From the NCBI GenBank assembly GCA_964016885.1, contig CAXHJY010000105.1, positions 806,001 through 870,000 of the forward strand: 64,000 nucleotides of DNA, given 5' to 3'. Positions 12,601 to 24,610 of this stretch are shown piece after piece (within the stretch, counting starts at the first letter, position 1; every line of letters starts with the position of its first letter). The notes beneath the pieces were generated by a model. That model worked only from the letters and a program-made list of their open reading frames with translations. It was not told the origin of the DNA and ran no database searches. Position numbers and translations under genes: made by a program. The DNA comes from Eledone cirrhosa (lineage: Eukaryota).

Positions 12601-13101
12601 TGGCAGTGCTATCGAGGGGCTCTACCCGTTCGAGACAAGCTCCACAGGCATGGGAGCCTGGGTAGAGATCCTTTGAATAAGATCTGTCCGAGATGCGTGC
12701 ATGATGACGAAACCGTTGCGCACGTATTCGTACACTGCCCAGGCATTGCTGACCTGTGGGGCTATGTGGAACGACTACTGTCGAGGGTGGGACCAATCCG
12801 GTTGACCACCGAGTCCATTGTCACGATCAAACCGCCTCCCCCTTTCAAAAACGAAGGAGAGGCGGTTTTTCTCTGTGTGGTAGCCATGGCTAAAGAAGTT
12901 GTATGGTGGACGAGGCTGAAAGGGCTGAGGTCAGACACCTTTCTCTCCGGCCAACAACTGGTCCCCTTTTTCAAATACCATTTTAAAAGAAGGATCAGAA
13001 TGGAGAGAGAGGTGCTCTACCCCAGCAAGTTTTATGAAAGGTGGGTGAAAGTAGGGAGAATGGCCAGAGTGAATGGGTCTTCTCTCTATATCAGCCTGTA
13101 G
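9664..13101 (+). CDS. LINE ORF2: APE endonuclease, reverse transcriptase and C-terminal cysteine-rich motif (1145 aa)
   Basis: APE motifs LNVRG, GDWN, LDR, SDH and GPGYWKLN. RT motifs KSPGLDG, FRPITLLN, KAFDRV, RQGCPLS, YADD and GGLG. C-terminal CPRC..ETVAHVFVHC. This is a Tx1/L1-type layout. Confidence 0.97.
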   Translation: MADIRVGCLNVRGLGLSWKQGKLLNDLRSHRMDVMAICESRISSEHQLAPLFDDFEIFASLCQPGGGGGVVVLLRKHLGLAIQKVHLDPEGRLVVLDVGSSESGALRLIAVYAPFWAARPEYFQRLETFLGTSRSLLLVGDWNGILDARWDYVGACANRGGCKSLKRLIGRFDLADRYRLDFPTVPLWTWTNRSGTSRSYLDRVLVREKDRDTFSCPKMFMVDYSDHKLVTCIANLDRTHRQGPGYWKLNLSLPRSKAYSKRISTLVKQSLTGAIVNNRWWSSLKRAIRIESIGFSQELARDRNKTERELVDRVEEAIRSGNVAGVLASRMALDQFFEVKHEGCVVRSKIRALGNEGAKAVSWARVTEAKSGNKSTIRSLKDQDGRVILEPGQICAAFQRHFARLFERGGAPGETMDFNPYLDGLPRLSDAEAKSCERTISAAEIGAAVSQCGKRKSPGLDGLPYELYVAMPDLFSDILEAVYCNWQQNGRIPSSVTKGVVTLVRKDENKGDDISNFRPITLLNTELKILAKVLAKRLALVVGNLVGEAQTCAIPSRSIHDNLHLMRYIIERVGNEPGFGGALINLDQSKAFDRVDHRYLDAVLAAAGFGPVFRGWIAAMHSSNVCSRVKVNGHLSEPFQIMRSIRQGCPLSSLLYVLALEPLLRKLERLQGIPLEPGLQKAASAYADDVTVMVSKTSQIGEIGTLLEEYERFTGAKLNRDKSVGLQLGTWRGKPMPSNDVVGRWTEGPVKLLGVWFGPDLQVEKNWNEVTARVFALTQKWAQCKLSLKGRAEVANTYIASVIYYRLTVVPCPVKRLAKMECALFQFLWNKRTPLVRRSICCQHPSKGGLGMPWLQMRKHALRLRHLQVFLTGQPVWAPFVRRAFPRLVSLTELQSWVKQRPRKVGDWHIECAQALTVLWKADPAISGDSTSTFYRGLVRSRCDDTLGEALGMEEDELASLFGRTFGPGPMDNFQKSLAWQCYRGALPVRDKLHRHGSLGRDPLNKICPRCVHDDETVAHVFVHCPGIADLWGYVERLLSRVGPIRLTTESIVTIKPPPPFKNEGEAVFLCVVAMAKEVVWWTRLKGLRSDTFLSGQQLVPFFKYHFKRRIRMEREVLYPSKFYERWVKVGRMARVNGSSLYISL

Positions 13102-15120
13102 GTAAAAGAAGAGGAAAAAGAGGAGACGAGGGAAGCACCTACTCTTTGTGCTCCTGAGGAGAAGGGTTACACATTTTTCCGGGGTGTGTGCGACCCATGT
13201 TAATGCCCCCTCCCTATTGAGGACTTCGTTTGTTGTTGTTATTTCATTGTTATATTTTTGTACTCGTTAATTATATGTAAACTTCCCCCCTTGTATCTGT
13301 CCCTACCTTTTGTGCCCTAGTGGCAAATAAAGAAACCACTCTATATATACTATTGTATTTTCACAGTAAAGGCTTTACCTCACATAATATCTCACATAAC
13401 ATTTACACTACTCTATATATACTATTGTATTTTCACAGTAAAGGTTTACCACACATAATATCTCACATAACATTTACATTATATATACTATTGTATTTTC
13501 ACAGTAAAGGCTTTACCTCACATAATATCTCACATAACATTTACATTACTCTATATATACTATTGTATTTTCACAGTAAAGGCTTTACCTCACATAATAT
13601 CTCACATAACATTTACATTACTCTATATATACTCTTGTTTTTTCACAGTAAAGGCTTTACCTCACATATCTCACATAACATTTACATTACTCTATATATA
13701 CTATTGTATTTTCACAGTAAAGGCTTTACCTCACATAACATTTACATTACTCTGTATATACTATTGTTTTTTTCACAGTAAAGGCTTTACCTCACATAAT
13801 ATCTCACATAACATTTACATTAATCTATATATACTATTGTCTTTTCACAGTAAAGGCTTTACCTCACATAATATCTCACATAACATTTACATTACTCTAT
13901 ATATACTAATGTTTTTTCACAGTAAAGGCTTTACCTCACATAATATCTCACATAACATTTACATTACTCTATATATACTATTGTATTTTCACAGTAAAGG
14001 CTTTACCTCACATGATATCTCACATAACATTTACATTACTCTATATATACTCTTGTTTTTTCACAGTAAAGGCTTTACCTCACATATCTCACATAACATT
14101 TACATTACTCTATATATACTATTGTATTTTCACAGTAAAGGCTATACCTCACATAACATTTACATTACTCTATATATACTATTGTTTTTTCACAGTAAAG
14201 GCTTTACCTCACATAATATCTCACATAACATTTACATTAATCTATATATACTATTGTTTTTTCACAGTAAAGGCTTTACCTCACATAATATCTCACATAA
14301 CATTTACATTACTCTATATATACTATTGTATTTTCACAGTAAAGGCTTTACCTCACATGATATTTACATTACTCTATATATACTAGTTTTTTCACAGTAA
14401 AGGCTTTACCTCACATAACATTTACATTACTCTATATATACTATTGTATTTTCACAGTAAAGGCTTTACCTCATATAATATCTCACATAACATTTACATT
14501 ACTCTATATATACTATTGTATTTTCACAGTAAAGGCTTTACCTCACATAATATCTCACAACATTTACATTACTCTACATATACTATTGTATTTTCACAGT
14601 AAAGGCTTTACCTCACATAATATCTCACAACATTTACATTACTCTATATATACTATTGTATTTTCACAGTAAAGGCTTCACCTCACATAATATATCACAT
14701 AACATTTACATTACTCTACATATACTATTGTATTTTCACAGTAAAAGCTTTACCTCACATAACATTTACATTACTCTATATATACTATTGTATTTTCACA
14801 GTAAAGGCTTTACCTCACATTATATCTCACATAACATTTACATTACTCTATATATACTATTGTATTTTCACAGTAAAGGCTTTACCTCACGTAATATCTC
14901 ACATAACATCTCGTATACGAGAGACGTGTGTTGACGTGTGTTAACAAGCTCGGCTACCGAGTTGGATTTATCTACTCAAAAGTGAGTTTTGATTTATTGT
15001 TTTTGTACTGTATTATACGTTAACCCCTTGCCTGGGTCGTCAGACTTTGAGTTTTTTTATTTTCGCCCCTTTTGGGGGTGAAATTTACACTTAAATATTT
15101 ATTACGGCAAACTCATAGAA

Positions 15121-16845
15121 ATGGACGGAATTTTCACATCTCATCCTAACGACAAAGCCACGCCCCCTAAGAAAGGTGATACAGAGAAGCTAGAAGCACA
15201 ATGCTCTAAGTCTTCCCTCCTCACTTCTGCAAAAGAAACATGGAACACGGAATTAAAAGAAAAATTTGTAAAAATGGGTGAAAACCCAGAAAGTCACATA
15301 AACGCAGACAAAAACAACAATGACAATAACAGCACGACCAACAACAGCAATAGTCACAACACCAACCAAGAAAAAAAGGGAAAAAATAACGATAACACCA
15401 AACAAAGCGAACCCACTACTGGTGCCTCCTTTGCACAGGCAGTCCGAAAAACACAGACCTGCAAGCAACTGGACATTACAACTCTGAGAGAAAAGATGAA
15501 GGAAGCAAAACAGTATGTAACTTTCAAAGAAGGAGGAGACTTCACAATCACCTCCCCACAAGAAATCAAAAGAGACACGACACTAAGAACGATATCTTTC
15601 AGAACAATTTCCAACATAACAAGGAAACCAGCTCAATTATCCCAATAAGAAATTGAGCTGGTCCTAAAAAATGTGTGGAGTGATATATCGTTCATACAAA
15701 ACGGGCCACTCTATGGGAATATAACGGTGCTAATGAAGGATCAATTGACGGCCAGGAAATCTGTGGCGCCAATTGTTTCCAAGCTACACACATTTTTCCC
15801 CACATATTTGGGGAAAAGAACACAGAAAATAAGAGTCTCCGGAATCCGGCCAAATGCATGCATTTCCTAGGTACTAACAGGATTTTTAGAAGACGAGGAC
15901 GGAATCCTCTCAGTAGGAGAAGTCACCACAGACGTTTTCGGCGGTTTGAGCGTGGAGGTTCTGGTCCAAATGAGACCAGAACGAATAGCTAGAATACCAC
16001 AGAGGGTGTCCCTCGATGGAGAAACATTTATATACATTTCAGCCGAGGGTAGGAGGCCCATATGTTACTACTGTTCAAGCAGGGGTCATCTAAGGGCTGC
16101 CTGTCCTAAATTGACAAAAAAAAAGGCTCTTTTGCCTACACCCCACACACCACCACCGCCACCACCACCACCACCACAACAACAAAAACAACACGGAAAA
16201 ATAACACAAGACACGGTCCCACCCTAAACAACTCCCAAAACACACACAAACACAACAAAACCTCAAAATACACCACTACCCGACAGCACGGACGAGGACC
16301 CAGCTGAAACGGCACCTAGTGACGAAGAGGAGGAACCCTTCCAACCTGTAAAAAGAAAACACCACACGAACATAAACGAAACAAACACACAACCACCAAC
16401 AAAAACAAAACAAACAGAAGAAACAAAATCCACCCCAAAACATAACACATACAACAAAACGCAAGCACACACAAGAACAACAAACAAACACAACACAAAT
16501 AAAACAGTATACATACATTAACACAAATAACAAAGAACTAGTAAAAACAATACACAAAGACCCTTCGGTGGAAACTGAGGGCAATTCTTTGCAAGCGCGG
16601 CCAACAAACCGCATTTAAAAATGATAAGACTCCCAATGGACACCTATGCAAAACTAAGAGAGAACTTTCCTGAGGACGTGGGGAAAACATGTACTCGACC
16701 CTATAACCGCGTCCTCTTGAAACGTTTCCCCACCCACACCTCACCAAACACCCCCACCCCACCACAGAACAACACCCCACCAAACAACCCCTCTAATACG
16801 CCCATGGATATTGTGCAACCTGCTCCTCAGGAGCCGAACAGGTAG
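15121..16845 (+). pseudogene. Disrupted ORF1 of copy 2
   Basis: Nonsense changes near 15646 (TAA), 15868 (TAG) and 16225 (TAA), plus frameshifts relative to copy 1. Confidence 0.9.
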
Positions 16846-16866
16846 GTCCTTCCTCTTTTAACCAAT

Positions 16867-19800
16867 ATGGCTGATATAAGAGTTGGGTGTCTGAATGTAC
16901 GCGGCCTGGGATGTCTTGGAAACAAGGCAAACTTTTAAACGATCTCAGGTCGCATAGAATGGATGTAATGGCTATTTGCGAGTCCAGGATCAGCAGCGAG
17001 CGCCAACTGGCGCCCCTCTTCGACGACTTTGAGATCTTCACATCTCTCTGTCAACCGGGGGGTGTGGGTGGAGTTGTACTGCTGCGAAAACACCTGGGCC
17101 TCGCCATACAGAAGGTGCACCTGGACCCGGAGGGTCGACTGGTGGTTTTAGACATCGGCAGTAGTGAAAGTGGAGCCCTTAGACTAATTGCTGTGTACGC
17201 CCCTTTTTGGGCAGCGCGGCCGGACTACTTCCAACGTCTGGAAACTTTTCTGGGAACGTCCCGCTCCTTGCTTTTAGTGGGGGACTGGAATGGTATCCTG
17301 GATGCACGTTGGGACTATGTAGGGGCATGTGCCAATAGAAGGGGGTGTAAAAGCCTCAAAAGGTTAATCGGCCGATTTGACCTGGCCGATAGATATCGAC
17401 TAGATTTTCCGACTGTACCACTATGGACGTGGACCAATCGCAGCGGAACATCTAGGTCGTACCTAGATAGGGTCCTAGTTAGAGATAAGGATAGGGACAC
17501 ATTTAGCTGTCCAAAAATGTTCATGGTTGACTATTCGGATCACAAGTTAGTGACCTGCATAGTCAACCTTGATAGAACCCATAGACAGGGACCCGGTTAC
17601 TGGAAGCTGAACTTGTCCTTACTGACAAGCAAAGCTTACAGTAAACGGATTAGCACGTTAGTTAAGCAGTGTTTGACAGGGGCAATTGTCAACAACAGGT
17701 GGTGGAGCTCTCTTAAGAGAGCAATTAGAATAGAATCGATAGGTTTTAGTCAGGAATTAGCAAGGGATAAGAACAAGACGGAAAGGGAATTAGTAGATAG
17801 AGTAGCAGAGGCGATTAGGAGTGGCAATGTAGCCAGTGTGCTGGCATCAAGAATGGCCTTAGACCAGTTCTTTGATGTGAAGCACGAGGGCTGCGTTGTC
17901 AGGAGTAAAATACGTGCTCTGGGTAATGATGGAGCCAAAGCTGTTAGCTGGGCCCGAGTGACAGAGGCAAAAAGTGGGAACAAGTCCACGATTCGGTCTT
18001 TGAAGGACTAGGATGGGCGTGTGATCGTTGAACCTGGGCAGATGTGTGCGGCCTTTCAGCGGCACTTTGCACGACTGTTCGAGAGAGGCGGCGCGCTGGG
18101 TGAGACTATGGATTTCAATCCATACCTCGACCGTCTGCCGCTTCTCTCGGACGCGAAGTCCTGCGAAAGGCCGATTTCAGCTGCTGAGATAGGGGCGGCG
18201 CTGAGCCAATGCGGCAAACGCAAATCCCCGGGTCTCGATGGTCTACCATACGAGCTATATGTAGCGATGCCGGACTTGTTCTCCGATATCCTCGAAGCGG
18301 TCTACTGCAACTGGCAGCAAAACGGGAGAATTCCCAGTTCTGTGACCAAGGGCGTAGTTACGCTGGTGAGGAAGGATGAGAACAAGGGGGATGACATAAG
18401 TAACTTCAGGCCCATAACTCTGCTAAATACAGAGTTAAAGATTTTGGCTAAGGTGTTAGCGAAGAGGTTGGCGCTTGTCGTCGGAAACCTGGTGGGAGAA
18501 GCGCAGACATGCGCAATCCAGTCTAGGTCCATTCACGACAATCTCCACCTTATGTGATACATCATAGAGAGGGTAGGGAATGAACCCGGCTTTGGTGGGG
18601 CCCTGATCAACTTGGATCAATCTAAAGCTTTCGATAGGGTTGACCATCGTTACCTGGATGCGGTGCTCGCGGCGGCAGTCTTCGGACTCGTTTTCAGGGG
18701 TTGGATTGCTGCGATGCACAGCAGCAACGTCTGCTCAAGGGTCAAGGTGAACGGCCACCTCTCGGAGCCGTTCCAAATCATGCGATCCATCCGACAGGGA
18801 TGCCCTCTCTCCTCCCTTCTGTATGTACTGGCTCTTGAGCCACTACTGCGGAAGTTGGAGCGGTTGCAGGGCATCCCTTTGGAACCGGGATTGCAGAAAG
18901 CGGCGTCGGCCTACGCCGATGACGTGACAGTAATGGTGTCGAAAACCTCGCAAATCGGTGAGATCGGCACCTTACTGGAGGAATATGAAAGGTTTACAGG
19001 AGCCAAGCTGAACCGAGACAAGTCCGTCGGTTTGCAACTCGGAACATGGAGAGGCAAACCGATGCCCTCCAACGACGTCGTCAGACACTGGACGGAGGGC
19101 CCGGTGAAGCTGCTTGGGAGAAAAACTGGAACGAGGTAACGGCCAGGGTGTTTGCACTCACCCAGAAGTGGGCCCAGTGCAAACTATCCCTGAAAGGTCG
19201 AGCGGAGGTGACGAATACTTATATAGCATCCGTCATCTACTACCGCTTGACCGTCGTGCCTTGCCCAGTGAAAAGACTCGCCAAAATGGAGTGCGCGCTG
19301 TTCCAATTTCTTTGGAACAAGCGGACCCCTTTGGTGAGGAGATCCATCTGCTGTCAACACCCTTCGAAAGGAGGGCTGGGGATGCCGTGGCTACAGATGC
19401 GTAAACACGCATTAAGGCTACGGCACTTCCAGGTATTCCTCACCGGTCAACCAGTGTGGGCCCCGTTTGTGAGGCGAGCCTTTCCCAGACTCGTCTCGCT
19501 CACCGAGCTGCAATTCTGGGGCAAGCAAAGGCCGAGAAAAGTGGGCGACTGGCACATTGAATGTGCCCAGGCGCTCACGGCCTTCTGGAAAGCGGACCCG
19601 GCAATCAGTGGAGACTCCACCTCGACATTCTATAGAGGGTTGGTACGCAGCAGGTGCGACGATGCTCTCGGAGAAGCTCTAGGCATGGAGGAAGATGAAC
19701 TGGCCAGTCTGTTCGGTAGGACGTTTGGCCCTGGACCGATGGACAACTTCCAAAAGTCCCTGGCTTGGCAGTGCTACCGAGGGGCTCTACCCGTTCGAGA

Positions 19801-20263
19801 CAAGCTCCACAGGCATGGGAGCCTGGGTAGGGATCCTTTGAATAAGATCTGTCCGAGATGCGTGCATGACGACGAAACCGTTGCGCATGCATTCGTACAC
19901 TTCCCAGGCATTGCTGACCTGTGGGGCTATGTGGAACGACTACTGTCGAGGGTGGGACCAATCCGGTTGACCACCGAGTCCATTGTCACGATCAAACCGC
20001 CACCCCTTTCAAAAACAAAGGAGAGGCGGTTTTTCTGTATGATAGCCATGGCTAAAGAAGTTGTATGGTGGACGAGGCTGAAAGGGCTGAGGTCAGACAC
20101 CTTTCTCTCCGGCCAACAACTGGTCCCCTTTTTCAAATACCATTTTAAAAGAAGGATCAGAATGGAGAGAGAGGTGTTCTACCCCAGCAAGTTTTATGAA
20201 AGGTGGGTGAAAGTAGGGAGAATGGCCAGAGTGAATGGGTCTTTTCTCTATATCAGCCTGTAG
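16867..20263 (+). pseudogene. Disrupted ORF2 of copy 2
   Basis: Frameshift near 16902, stops at 18009 (TAG) and 18555 (TGA), and a frameshifting deletion near 19118. Confidence 0.92.
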
Positions 20264-21327
20264 GTGAAAGAAGAGGAAAAAGAGGAGACGAGGGAAGCAC
20301 CTACTCTTTGTGCTCCTGAGGAGAAGGGTTGCACATTTTTTCCGGGGTGTGTGCGACCCATGTTAATGCCCCCTCCCTATTGAGGACTTCGTTTGTTGTT
20401 GTTACTTCATTGTTATATTTTTGTACTCGTTAATTATATATGTAAACTTCCCCCCTTGTATCTGTCCCTACCTTTTGTGCCCTGGTGGCAAATAAAGAAA
20501 TTACTCTATATATACTATTATATTTTCACAGTAAAGGCTTTACCTCACATAATATCTCACATAACATTTACATTACTCTATATATACTATTGTATTTTCA
20601 CAGTAAAGGCTTTACCTCACATAATATCTCACATAACATTTACATTACTCTACATATACTATTGTATTTTCACAGTAAAGGCTTTACCTCATATAATATC
20701 TCACATAACATTTACATTACTCTATATATACTATTGTATTTTCACGGTAAAGGCTTTACCTCACATAATATCTCACATAACATTTACATTACTCTATATA
20801 TACTATTGTATTTTCACAGTAAAGGCTTTACCTCATATCTAACATAACATTTATATTACACTATATATACTATTATATTTTCACAGTAAAGTCTTTACTT
20901 CACATAACATTTATATTACTCTATATATACTATTGTATTTTCACAGTAAAGGCTTAACTTCCCATAATATCTCACATAACATTTACATTACTCTATATAT
21001 ACTATTGTATTTTCACAGTAAAGGCTTTACCTCACATATCTCACATAACATTTACATTACTCTATATATACTATTGTATTTTCACAGTAAAGGCTTTACC
21101 TCACATATCTCACATAACATTTATATTACACTATATATGCTATTATATTTTCACAGTAAAGGCTTTACCTCACATAACATTTACATTACTCTATATATAC
21201 TATTGTATTTTCACAGTAAAGGCTTTACCTCACATAATATCTCACATAACATTTACATTACTCTATATATACTATTGTATTTTCACATCAAAGGCTTTGC
21301 CTCACATAACATTTACATTACTCTACA

Positions 21328-22469
21328 TCTGTTAGACATGCAGTGACTAACTACAGAATGTTTTAAGTCTGCGTGTCTGACATATATGCGTAGCTTGTGA
21401 ATAAAAAATTCAAGGGGTGTCGCTGGCCGTGGTGATCCCTGCCAAAATGTTTTGTATTGTATCATCTTATTGGCTAATCAACCAACGAGAGTAATTGTTG
21501 CTCAAAAGCATCCGCCATTTTGTTTGCACGTTTATTTAACGTTCCGCTTTCGAATCTTCCTCCTGTATTTCGTCATTTATCATCAAAATATTTTTCTCGT
21601 TTTGGTAAATTATATTGTTAATTTATATATGATTTTTTAAATTTATATTAACTATTTTTTTTCAGTTCGTTATAACATGCTTATAATATTGGTTTATCAT
21701 ATTTACTTGCATATTTGTCCATATTATTGTTCGTTTTATGTTAGATTAATTTTTTATTATTCTGTTAGACTATTTGTATGTAATATTTAATTTTTATTAA
21801 TTCATCTATAACAATTATGTAAAATATATTTATTTAATATTGATTGTTTTTTGTAGTTTATATTAAAAGTCTGAAAATATTTTTATACATCTTACAATAA
21901 TATTTATAAGATCATTTATAAAATAACAATTATATAATCTAATTACATTACAACGATAATTTATTATTAATATATATCATGTTTAACTAGAGTTATTACA
22001 AGCGTTGCCTTTAAAAAATATTAAACTAGACCTGAAAAATGCGCAAGCTCAAAAGAGCCACAGAATGTTATAATAAACCTTCAAAAGTGTGGGACTAGAG
22101 TTGTTGTTCAAAAATATTGTAATCATTATCTATCGTACAATCTGTGGCATCCTTTTATAAAAAAGAGACTCATAATGAACTCAAGACGACACGGTAATTA
22201 TTTAAGTGAATTTATAATATAGAATTCGGTTTAAGTGCATTTCGTATTAATCATTACTAAACATCTAATATGAGATATTGAACATTAGCTTAAATAATTA
22301 TCGTGTCATCTTGAGTTCGTTATGAGTCTCCTTTTTATAAAAGGATGCCACAGAGTGTACGATAGATAATGATTACAATATTTTTGAGCAACAACTCTAG
22401 TCCCACACTATTGAAGGTTTATTATAACATTCTGTGGCGCTTTTGAGCTTGCACATTTTTCAGGTTTAG
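21328..22469 (+). mobile_element. Non-autonomous Helitron-like insertion with a long terminal foldback
   Basis: Inserted between A and T of the satellite (ctctaca|TC...TTAG|tatactattg) with no TSD. The inverted internal copy of the 3' end reads CTAG. Inverted repeat at about 22025-22206 / 22290-22470. Confidence 0.6.
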
Positions 22470-23027
22470 TATACTATTGTATTTTCAGAGTAAAGGCTTT
22501 ACCTCACATATCTCACATACCATTTACATTACTATATATATACTATTGTATTTTCACAGTAAAGGCTTTACCTCACATAATATCTCACATAACATTTATA
22601 TTACATTATATATACTATTGTATTTTCACAGTAAAGGCTTTACCTCACATATCTCACATACCATTTATATTACTATATATATACTATTGTATTTTCACAG
22701 TAAAGGCTTTACCTCACAATTTCTCACATACCATTTACATTACTATATATATACTATTGTATTTTCACAGTAAAGGCTTTACCTCACATAATATCTCACA
22801 TAACATTTATATTACACTATATATACTATTGTATTGTCACAGTAAAGGCTTTACCTCACATAATATCTCACATAACATTTACATTACTCTATATATACTA
22901 TTGTATTGTCACAGTAAAGGCTTTACCTCACATAACATTTATATTATACTATATATACTATTGTATTTTCACAGTAAAGACTTTACCTCACATCTCACAT
23001 AACATTTACATTACTCTATATATACTA

Positions 23028-24610
23028 CTAGCAGTAAAGCCCGGCGTTGCTCGGGGTCGCTCAGTAGCTGTGTTAAAGTTACAATGTTAAGTTTGTTTTT
23101 TGGCTTAAAAACTGTAGTGTCTACTGTGCAGACTTGCATGTGGTGTTTTTGATTAATATTCCCTCAACCAACAATATGCCTTATGAAGTTAAGAAAACAT
23201 AACGATAACCCGAATGTTATAACAAAAGAGGATGCTGGGGATAAAAACTGCACTGGTTATTTATTAACAAAGATCGAAAATGTAAACACTGCAACGCAGA
23301 GAAAAACATTAGCGTAACCAAATTATCAGTTATGTCTGTCTGCACGCCTATATCACCTCTCTGCACGACTGTCTGTCTGCATGCCTATATCACCTCTCTG
23401 CACGACTGTCTGTCTGCACGCCTATATCACCTCTCTGCACGACTGTCTGTCTGCACGCGTATATCACCTCTCTGCACGACTGTCTGTCTGCACGCCTAAC
23501 GAAATTTACAGATACATATATTTTAAATAAACTTATATAATTTTTGCTTTTTTTTACGAAATATTTGCTTGTTTTACGTAGTCTTTATATAGACTTGTTT
23601 TCAAGTAAAAATATTGTTTTAAAAGGCTTTTAAATGGAAATGAAGCAAAACGGAAGCTTAGTGTTCGAACTGATGAAGCTGTGTTAAAGTTACAATGTTA
23701 AGTTTCTTTCTTGGCTTAAAAACTGTAGTGTCTACTGTGCAGACTTGCATGTGGTGTTTTTGATTAATATTCCCTCAACCAACAATATGCCTTATGAAGT
23801 TAAGAAAACATAACGATAACCCGAATGTTATAACAAAAGAGGATGCTGGGGATAGAAACTGCACTGGTTATTTATTAACAAAGATCGAAAATGTAAACAC
23901 TGCAACGCAGAGAAAAACATTAGCGTAACCAAATTATCAGTTATGTCTGTCTGCACGCCTATATCACCTCTCTGCACGACTGTCAGTCTGCACGCCTATA
24001 TCACCTCTCTGCACGACTGTCTGTCTGCACGCCTATATCACCTCTCTGCACGACTGTCTGTCTGCACGCGTATATCACCTCTCTGCACGACTGTCTGTCT
24101 GCACGACTATATTACCTCTCTGCACGACTATCTGTCTGCACGCCTATATCACCTCTCTGCACGACTGTCTGTCTGCACGCCTAACGACGAAATATTTGCT
24201 TGTTTTACGTAGTCTTTAAATAGACTTGTTTTCAAGTAAAAATATTGTTTTAAAATGCTTTTAAATGGAAATGAAGCAAAACGGAAGCTTAGTGTTCAAA
24301 CTGATGAATTTTGCTGGTCAATATTTTGCTGGCTCGACAACTGTTAAAGCCAGCGTAATTTTTTACGTAAGACGCTCAATGTAAACAGAACAAAGGGAAA
24401 TAACTGATAACTTACGCTCAAAAATCGATACATTATATTCGATTTCGTCACATAGGGTGGGTCAATTTGAAATTTTTTTTTTCCGATGTCTTCGCTAGGG
24501 CTCAATGTACAAGTATAGCAATTTCGGTGCAATTCCGTGAGAGATTCTAAGAGGAGATGTGTGCCAAAAATCGATAGACAGACAGACAACCACAGTTTTA
24601 TATATATAGA
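23028..24610 (-). mobile_element. Non-autonomous Helitron with an internal ~610-bp tandem duplication and a 36-bp minisatellite
   Basis: The minus strand begins a|TCTATATATATAAAA and ends CCCGAGCAACGCCGGG (hairpin)...CTAG|t. Removing it restores tatacta|ttgtatttt. Direct repeats at 23066-23676 and 23677-24307. Confidence 0.88.

Larger units (their letters stand above)
7695..13335 (+). mobile_element. Full-length, apparently intact Tx1-type (L1 superfamily) non-LTR retrotransposon, copy 1
   Basis: 5' UTR, ORF1, 21-bp spacer, ORF2 and a 3' UTR ending AATAAAGAAA. Both ends have sharp junctions with the 72-bp satellite. Confidence 0.95.
14910..20500 (+). mobile_element. Full-length but decayed Tx1-type retrotransposon, copy 2
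   Basis: Collinear with copy 1 (offset 7215 at the 5' end) with the same termini. Confidence 0.95.

Noticed and set aside
8038-20136. Antisense and alternative-frame ORFs within the LINEs
   Set aside because: Short shadows of ORF1/ORF2 codon and strand bias with no independent motifs.
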